DNA of 64,000 bases from Callorhinchus milii. Lineage: Eukaryota. Position 1 is the first letter of the stretch, and each line of letters opens with the position of its first letter. Below, piece by piece: positions 1-13,700 of the stretch. The notes beneath the pieces were generated by a model. That model was not told the origin of the DNA. It did not search any database and was given only the letters and a program-made list of their open reading frames with translations. The stretch lies in contig NW_024704757.1 of assembly GCF_018977255.1 (NCBI RefSeq), forward strand, positions 10,664,001-10,728,000, written 5' to 3'. A program made the translations under genes and the position numbers.

Positions 1-483
1 CAATAACACACCTCCACAGAGAGAAAGAGCAACTTATACCAGGCACTGACTCACATCAAAAAATAACATAAAAAGGTCAGAGGAGGAGGTGGATAGTTGC
101 AGTGGGAGCACTTGCACCAGCACAAACACAATGGCCAAATGGCCTCCTGTGTTGCAATTTCTAAGATTAAGAGACTTTTCATCTGCTCTATGAATCCCAG
201 GATAAAATGCCTCTATTAGTGTTCCCTCACTCTCTCACTGGGCAGTGAGCAGAGGATAACGACCAGTACTGAATTCCAGCTCTGAGCCACCCACAGCTCA
301 GACCTAATTGGAGCTGGTGAGTTGAAAGCCTGGGTGCTGTATCGTTTGGAAGAGTGGAAAATCTCATCAATCACATTGGGTATGGGGTGGGGCAGAGCTC
401 TCTTGCTGCCTAATATCTAAGAGTCTTTGGATTAACAGTCTGAGACTCTCCCAAGTGCGAACAATCTTGTGATTTGATCTCAC

Positions 484-2767
484 CCAGCGACACCCGTATC
501 CCCCGTCTGACCAGCTCGCCGGTGACCTCCTCGCTCCTCTCCATCTCGGGGGCCAGGGTAACGATGCTCACATTGTCCAGAGAACCGTACACGTCCAGCA
601 GGTCCTGGAAGCCCCTGGCTTTATAGGAGCGGATGTTCTGTGAGAGGTGCGCTCCTTTCTTCTGCTCACTGATAAACGGCCCCTCCAGGTGCACACCTAC
701 CAACAGAGCAGAGCCGTGAGCAGGTTGGGAGTCCCTGAGTGCAAGGCGAGGCAGCACCTTCAGACAGGTTAGAAAAATGTACTTGGAACACTGAACTGTT
801 AAAGAACTCACCCAAAACCGCTGCTCCATGGTGCCCGCCTGGCTGCAGCTGGATTTGAGGAAGCACCTAGAAGAGAAATGGTCGAGGGTTTTGTACCAGC
901 AATAGGGAATTATCATAGCTCATCTGCCTGTTCAGGTGGATATTAAAGATGCTACGTTACGAGTGGAGCTCAATTAGAACAGAAACAGCAGAATCCAGGA
1001 GGCTACAATATTATATGCCGCAGCCCCAGCACACATTGACCCCTTTCTCTCACAGCCTGCCCCCTGGCATGTCCCAGCAATTCTCCCCCACCTTCTGGTA
1101 GACCTCTATTGGAGAGGTGATGATCGTGGGGCAGAAAGAGGTCACTCCTGTTGACAGCAGTTTCTTAGCAACCACAGAGATGCCACAATTCACATTGTCT
1201 GTCTCCAAGGAGAAGTCATATCCATATCCGCCTAGGAACAGGAGCAGAGATAAACATAGACTCTCTCACACAGCACAGATCCAGACAGACACACATATGA
1301 TGCTCTCTAGAGCTTGCAAACATTCAATTCTTTTTAAGAAATAGTATGCAGTTATACTTAAAATAAAATCACAGAACTTTACAGCACAGAAACAGGGCGT
1401 TGGACCCATTTCATCTGAACTGGTGTTTTTTTCCACATGAGCCACCTGATCTAATCCCACTCTCCTGATCACTCCCCTTTAATATTTCGCCCACAGACAT
1501 ACGGTCGATTCACCTTACAATATATTCTGTGAAGCGTTTTGAGATGTCTAGAAGACATCTATATCCAATGCAAGGATTATTATATTATTAATATTCATCT
1601 TTTTTTCCAAGCATCTAATTTCCCTTTAAATATCATTCATTTTTAAGCGATGCTTCAGCAAAGATTTTTGACCGAAAATTCCACATTCTATGTAAATATT
1701 CTATGATACCATTGGAAAAGAAAAGGGGGTTTCTCCCTGTATTTGGTCAACAATCCTCCAGATAAAATTGGGTTTAAGGACGTTTAAAAATACTAGTTCT
1801 TTCTTCTTCTGAAGCAGTATTTTGCTGCTCCTCCTCGCAGCATTAAACGCTCACCATTAATCTGTACGTCAATGTATCCCGGAGCGATTATTCTCTCTTT
1901 GCAATCAATTTGCACATCTGCCGAACCTTTCTCATCAAAGAACAACTTCTCTGGATTAAGGATCTTTCCTTCTCGGATCCACAGGTCCTCTCTTCAAAGG
2001 GCACAAGGAACATGGTCGGAAGCAAGGCAACAATGGAGATTGAAGCTCTCAGCTTGTTAGTGAACAGTGAAAGCTAAAGCATCTCACACTCACTTCAGGA
2101 AGCTGACTACAAATCCTCTTTATTCATCTACTTATACATCTCAACGCGTCTCCCGTTTTTTCTTTAACTAGAGCCAGACATTTCCATGCATAAATTGTGG
2201 TCCGGGCACTCTCGCTTTACATCAGAATTCCACGTGCCTAGCTTCGAATTTCATTGGAGCCCGGACTCCTGATCTTTCAAGCAGACAGAAACCAGACTGA
2301 TCTGATCTGTTTTTACTGACAACCCTGGTGCAGAACCGAAGCCTCACAATGCAGGACAAGTGCCGAGAAGACGAGATAAATCACAGGCTCTCCTGAGCAG
2401 AGAAGTAAACAAGGCTTTTATATTTGAGGCGTTATCTCTCACTCACTCTCAATCTCAAAGCTCTCTCTCTCTCATTAACCACTCCTTAACTCTCTCCATT
2501 TTATTGAAATGACTGTTTATTGTTCCTCTACACTTTCTGCTCCGATTCCTCCAATAACAAATCCAATAACTACTACCCTTCCCGCCCCCCTCCCCCCCGA
2601 CCGTGTTGAAATCCAGATTCATCGCACCACCTCCCATTCTTAACCCGATCTTCTCAGCGCTGCTGCTCGTCCTCGGTCACTCACCTCCGCAATTTGTGGT
2701 CTTTCAGAATACGACAGTTGTGGAACTGAATAATCGGAGCGTCCGAGACGGATTTATTTGACGGCAT
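484..2767 (-). CDS. AMDHD2: N-acetylglucosamine-6-phosphate deacetylase, 5' part (first 5 coding exons; gene continues beyond the window start)
   Basis: Exons 2685-2767 ([27 protein letters not shown]), 1855-1991 ([20 protein letters not shown]...[10 protein letters not shown]), 1092-1231 (GGYGYDFS...[13 protein letters not shown]), 812-866 and 484-696 ([10 protein letters not shown]...VTLAPE). All junctions are GT-AG and the phases join. PGxIDxQxNG, HLEGP and TLAPE are NagA-family motifs. Confidence 0.96.
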
Positions 2768-2779
2768 TTTCTTCTGGGA

Positions 2780-3790
2780 AAGAACGCGAAATCCTGCAAA
2801 GTATAACGTAGGCGACAATAATAATTCCGGAGAAGCGAATCAGGCCTCTCAACCCCTCCCCACCCCCAGACCCCCCACCCCAACCCCCGACCCCCAGACC
2901 CCCCAGACCCCCCACCCCACCCCCAGACCCCCCCCCCACACACACACACAATCCATTTCATTTCCCTCTCCATATTTGCTGAGCAAACCTGAGGTATCAG
3001 CGGCCCAACCAATTGCCCTCTCATGACAGGACTTTACTGACATCTCCCGGTTATTTTGTCTCAGTCTCATGCACTTGGTGGGGGTGGGGGGTGGTGTGGT
3101 GAGGGTGGGAGGGGTTGGTGGTGGGGGGGTTGGTGGTGGGGTGGGGGTTGGTGGTGGGGTGGGGGGTTGGTGGGGGGGGGCGGTATGGTGGGGGGGGGGG
3201 GGTGTGGTGGGGGGGGTGAGGGTGGGTGTGGGGTGGGGGGGGTGGTGGGGGGGCGGGTGTACCAGCAATGATTACGTCCCCCCCCCTCCCCTGTCAGTCA
3301 ATGACATTTGGGGATATTTGGGCACCTGTGACCTTCGCCGGAAGCCCGCGACACCGACCAGCGGCCCCCACCTCACTGGAGCTGTCACTCGCCGCAGGAC
3401 GGGGCTAAGGCCTCCGCTCCACACAGCGCGGCCCCGGGCTGCGGGTTCGCCGTCCTGCGGCTCGGCGTCCGGGGCTCAGAGCTCAGCGGCACCTCATCCT
3501 CCCGGGCTGGGGCACGGCGCATCATCACGTGATCCGCCGCGCAGTCAGATGACCAGCCATCCGACACGTGGGGGCGCGGACTGGATGACGTATATGACCC
3601 GCGAGGGGGGGAGGGAGGGCGGGACTGGAGGACCGAGGTGGTGGGGGGGCGGGACTGGAGGACCGAGGCGGGACTGGAGGACCGTGGTGGTGGGGGGGCG
3701 GGACTGGAGGACCTCCGGCTCCGGGTCGCCTGAGCGGGACTTTGGGCGGTTGGAGGGAGAAAGAGAGAGAGAGAGAGGATGATGGAGGGT
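2780..3790. promoter_or_regulatory. CpG-rich bidirectional promoter region between divergent AMDHD2 and SLX4, with probable non-coding first exons
   Basis: High CpG density at about 3330-3760. ETS motif CCGGAAG at 3338, palindromic E-box ATCACGTGAT at 3524-3533, CACGTG at 3565, CRE-like TGACGTA at 3586. C-rich tract at about 2852-2937 and G-rich tract at about 3077-3260. Candidate SLX4 exon-1 donor (agg|gtgagg) at 3789. Confidence 0.7.
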
Positions 3791-3882
3791 GAGGAGGCTC
3801 AGTGACCGGGGTGATGACCCGTCTTCCCCCGTCCCCGTCTGGCGCTCCAATTACACACGGTCTTCAAGGAGGGAGAGTTCCT

Positions 3883-4222
3883 GGGTCACTGAGCCCGGCC
3901 TCCAGCCCCCCCCCCCCCTCTCTCCACAGGGGTCACTGAGCCCGGCCTCCAGCCCCCCCCCCCCTCTCTCCACAGGGGTCACTGAGCCCGGCCTCCAGCC
4001 CCCCCCCCCCCTCTCTCCACAGGGGTCACTGAGCCCGGCCTCCAGCCCCCCCCCCCTCTCTCCACAGGGGTCACTGAGCCCGGCCTCCAGCCCCCCCCCC
4101 CCCTCTCTCCACAGGGGTCACTGAGCCCGGCCTCCAGCCCCCCCCCCCCTCTCTCCACAGGGGTCACTGAGCCCGGCCTCCAGCCCCCCCCCCCTCTCCG
4201 CAGGGGTCACTGAGCCCGGCCG
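3883..4222. repeat. GC-rich minisatellite, unit about 45-47 bp, about 7.5 copies, with a variable poly-C run
   Basis: The unit ggggtcactgagcccggcctccag(c)n tctctccaca is read directly as a tandem array. Confidence 0.95.
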
Positions 4223-4770
4223 CAGTCGGGGAGCTGAATCTGAGGCCGCTCACGCTCTCGTGTCCCCCGATCCCCTCTCCTGCATTAGTAACAATAATCC
4301 TTGGATTTCATTCGATGCGGCGCCTTATCACGTCTTCGCGACGCCTCAGATCCCTTCACAGCATATACTGTAAAGTGAATTGACCGCACGAGGGAATGAC
4401 ACGGGGTTGCTGTGGCCCCGCCAGGTCCCCAGGTGTCAAGCCGGGTCCCAGTGCTTCACCCCGATTATTTGCGTGTGAGCCCCAGACATGTTAAGACCGG
4501 GCCTTGAGGACAGGATAAGTGTCAGTTGTGATTCCCGCCCTCCCCTATGACAGCAAACCTCACTGTCTACATTCGACTCTTAAAAGCCCAGTGTGAATTC
4601 AACCTCAGGGAGACTTGAGACTTACATCGTGAAAGATGGTTACATTGGGGGCTTACAAGTTGTTTGGTCCTTCCTAGGAAATCCTGAACTGAAGAACATG
4701 CTTGCTCGTTGCAGCTAGCAAGCTTGCCTGTGTCCTTGATGATCAGCAAAGAGTGAGAATCCTAGGCCCC

Positions 4771-7700
4771 ATGGATGAATCAGATGATGATTTTGTTCAG
4801 CTCTGTCGTGCTGAGTGGAAGAGAATGTTGCCAAAGGATGGGACAGAAACTGGAGGGAAAAAGCTCAAATCCGTCTCCACAAACCACACAACCAAGCCGA
4901 AGGTAAAAGGGAATCCGCTGAGCCGAGAGAGAAAAAGAATCAATGGGAACAAGTTTGCTACAAAGGAGGAAGGCAGTAAGAGCCATCAGGCTAGGTTGAC
5001 TCTGAGCATTGAAGGTACAGCCAGCCCTCCCTGCAACAGTCTGCAGCAGATAATCTGTCAAAGTGCTCCAACTTCCACATGTGAGGATGTAGCGGGGACC
5101 AAGATGTTTGCCAATAAAGATTGTTTAACAGGTAGGTACACTATCAGTAAATGTGACGATACGTGGCACAGAAAATGAACTGTTAGCTTTTACTGTTACT
5201 AACCGTTACTAACAAGAGTCATGTTTAGTTTTGATCCAGTACAACAGTATCCCATGACACTATTCGAAAAGAGAAGAGGGCTTCTCCAGGTGTCTTGTCA
5301 TAAACATTAATGGGTCATTCATCTAATAGCTGTTTGTAGGGCCTCACTAGAGCAAAGGCTGCCGTGTTTGTCTATAAAAACAATACGTGTAGTACATTTG
5401 ACAGTAATTACTATGAAGCATTTTGAGATGTTTTGGTGTGATGAGGGCTATAAAAATGCAAGTTCTTTATTTCTAAATCTTTTGGAATGTAGAAAATATC
5501 AGGCATGTCTGCAGAGAGGACTATCTTAAAATTTGACCTTATTGTGAGCAAAATCCAATTCCAGTCTTTTGTGTGAGCAGTGATTACATGTTCTGACCAC
5601 TCACTGTGATATGTGGCCCTTCTCCCAGCCAGTGCACAGACCAGCAGCTCCAGCGTTTCAATAGTTACAGCAAATAAAGGGGAAACCAGCAAAGCAATCC
5701 CCAGGGTTAAAGATTTAGTTTTGCAAAATATGCAGCAGTTCAAAAGAAAGAAGCCTGTGCAATATAGCAACAATCAAAAACAACAACAGGAGGAGGATAA
5801 CCAATCACCCCATGCTTCAGATACACACGCAGACCGTGATGAAGGAGAAAGTAAGTAACTCGAATTATCCCTTGTTCCACCGTTAGTTATTTTACTTCTG
5901 TGTCGCAGTTCTGTTTCCACAGTTCAGTGTTGTCTCTGCATATTTTTTTTGTATTTCTATGGTACAGGAAAAATGACTGTTCAGCCAATCTATGTTAAGG
6001 TTGTGCAGTATTACTCATGTACGGGCACTTAAGCTCATGATTTGTAAAAAGGTCCAGTCTTCCTTTTTAGGTGTACAGGACCTTGGAAAAGAGTAGGGAG
6101 TTTTCTCTTGGTGTCCTGGCTGACAGCCCAACAGTTCAATTGGTTATTCAACTCCTGGCTGTTTGTGGGACTTTGGGGCATACAAATTCACCGCCACATT
6201 TAACTACACTTGGTTGCAGTCACTAACATTGGACAATAATTACTGTCATGTGATAAGGTGCCATAAAAATGCAAACTCTCTTTCAAATAAGGAAATATTT
6301 TAATTTAATGTTGCAGTAAATGACTATTTTTTCCCTCAGGGGATGTAAACATCACGATTCTTTAAAAAAAACTTGCCTCCATGTGATATTCACTTGGGAG
6401 TCACAATGCTGTAAGGTCAGATTGGCATGAACTTTGCGTGGAGATGGGAAAAGTAGGGAAGAGACCTGTATGTATTCTAAAGTTATTAGATAACTGCAAC
6501 ATTTTTTAACCTTGCATGTTAATGCATTTGTTTGAATACATATTTGGTGCTTGCTTCTTTGTGTATGACCTGAAGATTTATGCCTGGTATTATATTTGAC
6601 AGTTATTTATCAATTGTGTTTGTTGTCTGCAGTTGATAGCTGTCAACACAACATAGACAGCGATGCCTCCCTGGCCTTGGCAATGCAACAGGACATGACA
6701 GCTGAAGCAGCTGCCAATGTTTGCCCCATTTGGGAAAATGGATTTTTCTTTTGCGTAATCTGTCAGAAGGATCTTTCTAGCATGAACTCCATTCGCCGAG
6801 CACAGCACATCAACAGGTGAGAGGCAACTGAACATCGGACCTACGTACACACAGTGTGAAAGCCGTCTGAGATTGAGAAATTAATCTTGGCTCCATTGTA
6901 GCTTCCGTTATATATTATATATATATGCTCATGGAGCCAACATTAGATTTATAATGATTACTGGAGATTTCTGGGACACTTGGATTTCTCCTGATCTGTC
7001 TTTCTTGTTTTTATGCCCTTCATTTTGTAATAGTATATTTTATCTACATGACTGGAAATACCTAACTGTCATTCATATTCCCAGTTGTATAAGGCTGTTC
7101 CTTGCTTCAAGCATCCTGTGTTCATCAAAACTTGATATTGTCTACCAAGATGAATAACTGTTCTATAAACTTATTTTTGCAGGTGCCTGGATGACGAGGA
7201 AGAGAGAAGGGTCTCGGCTCCAGCTGTGCCTGAGTGCCCAATTTGTGGGAAGCATTTTAACACCTCAAATAGCCGGGCGACCCACCTCAAACGCTGTGCT
7301 GTTAGAATGGAGGTCCCGCCACAGCTGTTACTGCAGGCAGTTCAGAGACAAAATTCAAATGCTTTTGACAGTTCAGCTCCTTTGGCGAGGTAAAAATTAA
7401 AAACTCAGACATGTGCTTACTTTGAGAGTCAACAGTAACCTCAGACAGCCCAAAACACCTTGTATTCCCATCGTGGCCCTCAATAATAGTATAATAATAT
7501 TAATATAATAATAATCCTTACATTTGATATAGCGCTTTTCACGTCTTCTAGACGTCTCAAAGCGCTTCACAGACTATGCTGTAAAGTGAATTGACCGTAT
7601 ATTTGTGGGCGCGGCAGCCAATTGCACACAGCAGTGGCCCATAAACAGTCGCGGATTGAAAATGACCAATTTATTATTGTTTTGTTTTGGAGGGATTATT

Positions 7701-10700
7701 ATTAGTCTCTTGGAGTAAGGAAACTTGCCCAAGGTTTCGCCCTCTGCCTGGAATTGAACCCAGGTGTCTTGCTTGCAAGGCGAGTGCTCTAACCACTGAG
7801 CTACAGGACTCCACTGTACTCCAGTGTACATGGCCTGAGTGTCTTTTAAATACCATAATCACAAAAAGGTTTAAGAATTCTCTGCGCACTTCATACCAGA
7901 AAATAGAAACCATAGATACCTGGAAGTCTGATTAGTTTGGTTTAGAGATGCTTAAGCATGATGATGGTTTTCCTCTTTCCTCTTCCACTGCACATTTCGC
8001 GTTTTGCCAGTCTTCAGCCAGGAAAAGCAAAGCGAAAAGCTTCAGGAAAAGGTAAAGAGCCATCGAAGAAATGCAAGACCACCAGGAATCAGCCAGTGGA
8101 TGAGGATACGATGGTCGCCATGGCGTTGTCTGCTTCTTTACTGGAACAGAGAAATGTTGACATCCAGCCTCATAACACCATTAAAGAAGTGGCAGCAACA
8201 GGTAGGAATTCAACTCTATAGATCGATATGTATTGGAAAACCGTTTTAAACCCAGTCTTGAACCAATCAAAATGCCCACCCCAGCACCAGGACCGTAAAG
8301 TCTGTATGAACCCCACTGGGGGATCCGGGAGAATTATTCCAGGTAATTTTTTTTCTCCTGAATTGGCCTTTTTTTGTTTTCTCATCTCCCCTGGGAGCTG
8401 CTCATGTAACTAATTAGGATGAGCACAAGTTGGTCTAGGATCTAAGCCGACAAACACTAGAGCGTGAAGGTTGTAGTATTGTGTTCATCAATTCGCAACA
8501 ATCTATTATGTCAATTGAATCAAAAAGGGAACCATTGGCGATAAGCCATTGTACTTGTACGTGCCTGTTCACTATAATGTTTCTTACATGCCATTCGGAG
8601 AATTGAGCTTGATTCATCTTTCATTCTGTGCACTTTGCAATTTGAAAGCCTAGATTCCTGACACAAATGATTTGTTACACTGACTGAGTCGTTCAGGGAA
8701 TCTTCAAATCATGAGTAAAAGAAGTCAGTGTTTTTCTAGGTTTAGACAAGAGAAGTCGAAGAAAGCGGAAGGAAGCCGTGCCCCCATTACTGGTGGTGCA
8801 GGATTCTGAAGTGGCGCTCAAACACATCCAACACAGGATGGCAATGCTGCTGTCTGAGCAGATGGACTTAGCCAGCACCCCTCCACTACCTGCAAGCAGA
8901 TTCTGTGAGGATGGGATACTGTGGCAAACCTGGTACCTACCAAGCAACCAAGACACAACCAGGCAAGGCAGCCTCTGGCATTGCAGTGCTCTGCTCGGAG
9001 ACTGGGACTCGACACTCTACTACACAAGTGATCTGGTTCCTCCCATTATACCATGGAAACCTCAACAGGTAAGATGAGCGATTAAAACAAACTTAAAACA
9101 AGTGAACTTATGATTTTATCACCAGAGCTAACCTGATAGCGGTTAAGGGTTGTTGACCTGATAGCATTTTTCAGTGTTATGAATGGTTATATCATAAATG
9201 GTTATGATATTGTGAATAGTAATTGTGTGTAGGAACCAGAGGCCCAAATTTAAGATAATTACAGAAAAAATTAAAGGGCAGGTTGGAAAAAAGATTGCAG
9301 ACTCAGAGGGTGGAATTTTTTGCCACAAGATGTTGTCGAGACACAATTCATAAATTCTTTAAGAGAGAATGAGTCAGATGTTTAAAGAGGAGAAATATTA
9401 AAGGCTTGTGGGGAGCGAGTAGGAAAGTGGGATTAGATTAGTCAGGTCATGGTGGAGAAAAACACTTATGAAAACTTGATGGGTTGAACAGCCTAGTTCT
9501 GTCTTTCTAGAGGTTAACTACTGCTCATTCTTACTTTCACCATTCCATCCAAATCTTGAAGCCAGTCCTGTTCCTAGATTTATCCATTAAACATTTCTTG
9601 ACACAGAAGTTGTGAGGATGACACCCCCAGAAGACCATAGATACAGAATCAATTGGGATAGGCATGCTCATCCAGACTATATATAGCCAGACTGATCCAA
9701 GCCAGAGCAGTGCACTATTTTTACAATGAATTGTCAGGAGAATATCATTGATCACACTGTTTGTTTAAGGAATTTCAACTTGGCGAGAGGCAGAAAGTGC
9801 CCTCAACAATGGTCTCAAAAGACTTGTTAGGATTGACCTCGGAGACGACTAGAAATGAACCAGATTTATCTGGGGCTAGAGGTGATATCGAGACTGAGAA
9901 AGGGTTGATGTCCAGAAGCCAACAGGATCATCAAGCACTCTCTGATCTGATGGATCTGGCAGGAGAGGGCCTGACTATGACACAATGGAATGATGGGATG
10001 GACGGGAAGCCAGATAGTCACGCAAAGGAAAAGGATGGTATGTGATAATAACAAACTCATATTGATCAACCATGGTTCGGCCTGCAGTATACATCTGGTA
10101 ACTAGATTGTGGTTTGAAACCCCACATGGGACTTGAGCTCTCAGTCTAAGCTGATACTCCAGTGCAGTACTGAGTGGGGGTGGGTGCATTGTCTTTCAGA
10201 TGAGATGAAAAGCTGAGGCCCTGTCTGCCAGGTCTTCAGATGAACTGCAGTGTAAAGCTGCCTTCTTCCACTAATTATTTTAAAAACTAATAATTCAGCA
10301 ATTCTCATCATAAGTTAATCCTAACCAAATCTCTACCATCCAGTCAATATACATCTTTTATTATTGGGGTGAATTATTGCTCAAACAGACAGCAAAACTA
10401 TTGCTTCATTGAGCATAACTGTTTGCACACCTGGTTTCACAGTGTTGTGCTTCCTTCACCATTTCAGGAAGCGAGTCTACATTTGATGAGATCACACCCA
10501 GTGGGTTTGTCCCAGCACAGACTGAGAGAAGCAGCGGAAACACTCCACAACATATGGTATGAAAGCCATTTTTCAGTTCTGTTTTAACATTTACAATTGC
10601 TGTATTTACCAAGCAAACAGTTGGGGGAAATAGTGAAATTATTATTATTATTATTATGGAATAAGAAAACAATTGTCCTTTCTCATTCTACACTTTTGAC

Positions 10701-13700
10701 CAGCATTACTTCGAAAAATGGGATTTCCCTATGATGAGAGGCTTGAGTAATAGTCCTGAATTGCAGAGGTTAAGAGTTAGCCTAATTGAGGTGGTTAAAA
10801 CCATGAAGGGAGTTAGTTATAAGCTAGATAGTCGACAACTCATTTCTTGGTAGAGGATACAAAACAGACCATCATACTCGTGTAACTAGAGGTAAGGTGA
10901 TTAAAAGTGAGATCAGAAAACATTTCTTCACATGGGGCAATTAGGCAATTGTGAAACCACTGCCATGGAAGGCATAACATGCAGAATGGATGAGAATGTT
11001 TAAAAGGAAGTTTGGTGGATAATATACATATATGCATACTTACACAGGTGAATATGTGCATGCATGCATAATTACATACATACATTGCATGTACATGCAG
11101 ATGCTGGTCTGTTTCTAGACTGTTGACAGCTGCTGCTGTAGTCAATTTCAATCTCTGGTACCTTCTGATTTCAGCAGTCACTGAGGAAGTTGACAGCAGA
11201 CTTTGGTGGAATGGTGAACAATCCTCACCTGAGTGATGTGCAGTTCCAGGTAGACAATGGTGAGGTTGTGTACGCTCACCTGTTTGTGCTCTATGCACGA
11301 TCTCCGCAGCTTGTGCAAACAGTAAGTGCCAGCGAGTTTATCTTCATGGGTCATCAAAAGCTATTTAGTCTTCGCCAATGTTATTATTGTTATTATCGTA
11401 TGGTGGTTAGAGCACACGCCTCGCAAGGGAGAGACTTGGGTTTGATTCCAGGCAGGGTGGAATGTTGGGCAAGTTTCCTCACTCCGCACGCCTCTGTTTA
11501 CCAGCAGTAAGTAGGATCCCGGTTGTTAGTCAACTGGCGGGTCGCTTTTCCTTGGTCAAAAATTGGTCACTTCAATGCAAGACTGTTTGTGGGACACTTC
11601 TGTGCGCAATTGGCTGCCGCATTTCCCCCACAAATTATACAGTGAATTCACCTTACTGTATATTCTGTGAAGTACTTTGAGATGTCTCGAAGACGTGATA
11701 AGGTGCTCTATCAAATGCAAGAATTATTATTATTATGGGAGATTATTTAATGTCAGTCAGGGCAGTTGTTGGGGCCTACAGATGTTTTCAGTGCCCTCTG
11801 GGTTAGGGGAAAAACATTAAGCGTTCCTGCTCTTGACGCCTATCCTGTAATCCCCTCCCTCCCTGGAAGGTGTGTAGGTCGATACGTTACCAGAGGACTG
11901 GGTTTAGTTTGACCGTGACCCTGTCCATAGTTCAATACACTGCTAATACTGTTGTTTCTAAGACCACACCCAAAGAATAACCAGCCACATGAACGAGATA
12001 CCCGAGGGTATCCGTGGCGTGACCTGTGATCAAACAAATTCTCCCAACTTTTGGGTTTCTTTCTCCAGTATCGTGTCATCAGAACAGTCTTGAGGTGATG
12101 CTCCCTTTGATGGGCCCTTCTGTGGCCAGTGTTTAGAATCCACTAGCGTTTTATTGCATGATCTCACCAGGCTGCAGGTACAAATAAGTTTGAGTAGCTT
12201 TTCATCGTATTTAAGAGCATAAGATTTAACATGTAATTATGTTGCTGGAACTAAGAATATGAGTCAATTTCATTAAAAAAACAAAATTGCATCTTATTGA
12301 CCATGGGTATGGTCATTTTCCTCAAGCCTTTTCCCTCCTTCCCGGATGATTCCCATCCCCAAGTTCATCCTATATAAAAAGCCCTGCATAAGTGCAAGTT
12401 ACCAACTTCTTTGCAGGTTCATGATGATGGGTTCCTGGTGGAAGAGGATGCTGCTCCCCTGACTCGCAGGCTCTTACTTCCTGAGGTTACAGCACAAGCA
12501 GTATGTGCCTTTCTCCAGTATCTGTACACTGCCAGTGCCACCGTAACACCGAACACGCTTTCTGAGGTCCGCCACCTTGCTGTCAGGTTAGTATAGTCCC
12601 GTAAAACTAATCAGATATAAAAATAGATTTTTTTTAAAAAACTGCTGGAAATCTGAAATATAACAAAGGCCAGAAATCATCAGTGTTTAAGGACACTTCA
12701 TATATAGCAATAACAACAACAAATTATATTTGTATAACGCCTTTCAAGTCGGGAGGACGCTGGCATGTATACATAGACTCTTCATATACAAGGCTACCAT
12801 TATTTGAGTAACTCACTTTGTTAGAAGCTTGGAATCTTATCCTGCAAGGTGGAGTAGACATGTATAAAATGTCTTATGTAAAATGTCTTATAATCTGAAT
12901 TTTTAGCAGTCACTGGCCAAGGCCAGTATGATCACAAGCAAACCGGAGGTCTTCACACCAGTACTAACGTATCCGTATCAGTATCTGACGTGTTTCTTTG
13001 TGGATCGAGCAGGTTCTCCGTGAACGAATTGGTGAGGATGTGTGAAGCCTGTTCCCCAGAAGATGAGGATGTCAGAAGTCAATCAGGAAACAATCTTTGC
13101 TCTGAAGCGGAGGATGGAAAGTACGGAGGCCGACTGGAAAACTTCCAGGAGCTTCTGAGGTCCATGTGGCTGGATGAAGTGGAAAAACCTGCATTTGAGC
13201 CTAGATCTATAGAGTCCGAGGATGAAGAGAAAGTCATTGAGAAAGTGGAAGATAGTGAGTTGGAAGAACTCTACGAATTTGCTGCCACTCAGAGAAGAAT
13301 TGAGAGAGACTCATTCCGTGGTGACATTGCTCAAGAAACTGAGGGGCCTCATCCGAAGACCAGTATTTTGGAAAATGAAGCAGACCTTGGCATGCGTAGA
13401 GAAAGTAAGCAGATTATGAAAGAACAGAGCATTGAGTGGGAAACTGTTACAAATTGTGAGTCTTTGGTTCGTGAGAGAAAACAATTGTCTTCAGAATGCT
13501 GTTTGGAAACTGAAGAGATGTCCCAACAACAGGAAGTCAAAGCACCTCAGTTAGAAAACTTGCACAACCATAGTCTCAAACAGGACATGGTGTTAGATGA
13601 CAGCTACGATTCCCTGTTCTCAGAACCTGCAGATGTATCACTGGGTTCTCAGCACGATGTGACAGTTGAAGGGAAACCTGACAATGTCACTGAAAGATGC

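Noticed and set aside
2704-4167. Gly-, Pro- and Trp-rich ORFs of 60-237 aa
   Set aside because: They are translations of G/C tracts and the minisatellite, with no domain content.
3883-4222. Regularly spaced repeats resembling a CRISPR array (also 36258-37410)
   Set aside because: There are no unique spacers and no cas genes, and the context is a vertebrate intron. These are minisatellites.
11175-11177. NAGNAG acceptor (tcagcag) at the SLX4 BTB exon
   Set aside because: This is a common feature that changes one residue at most.
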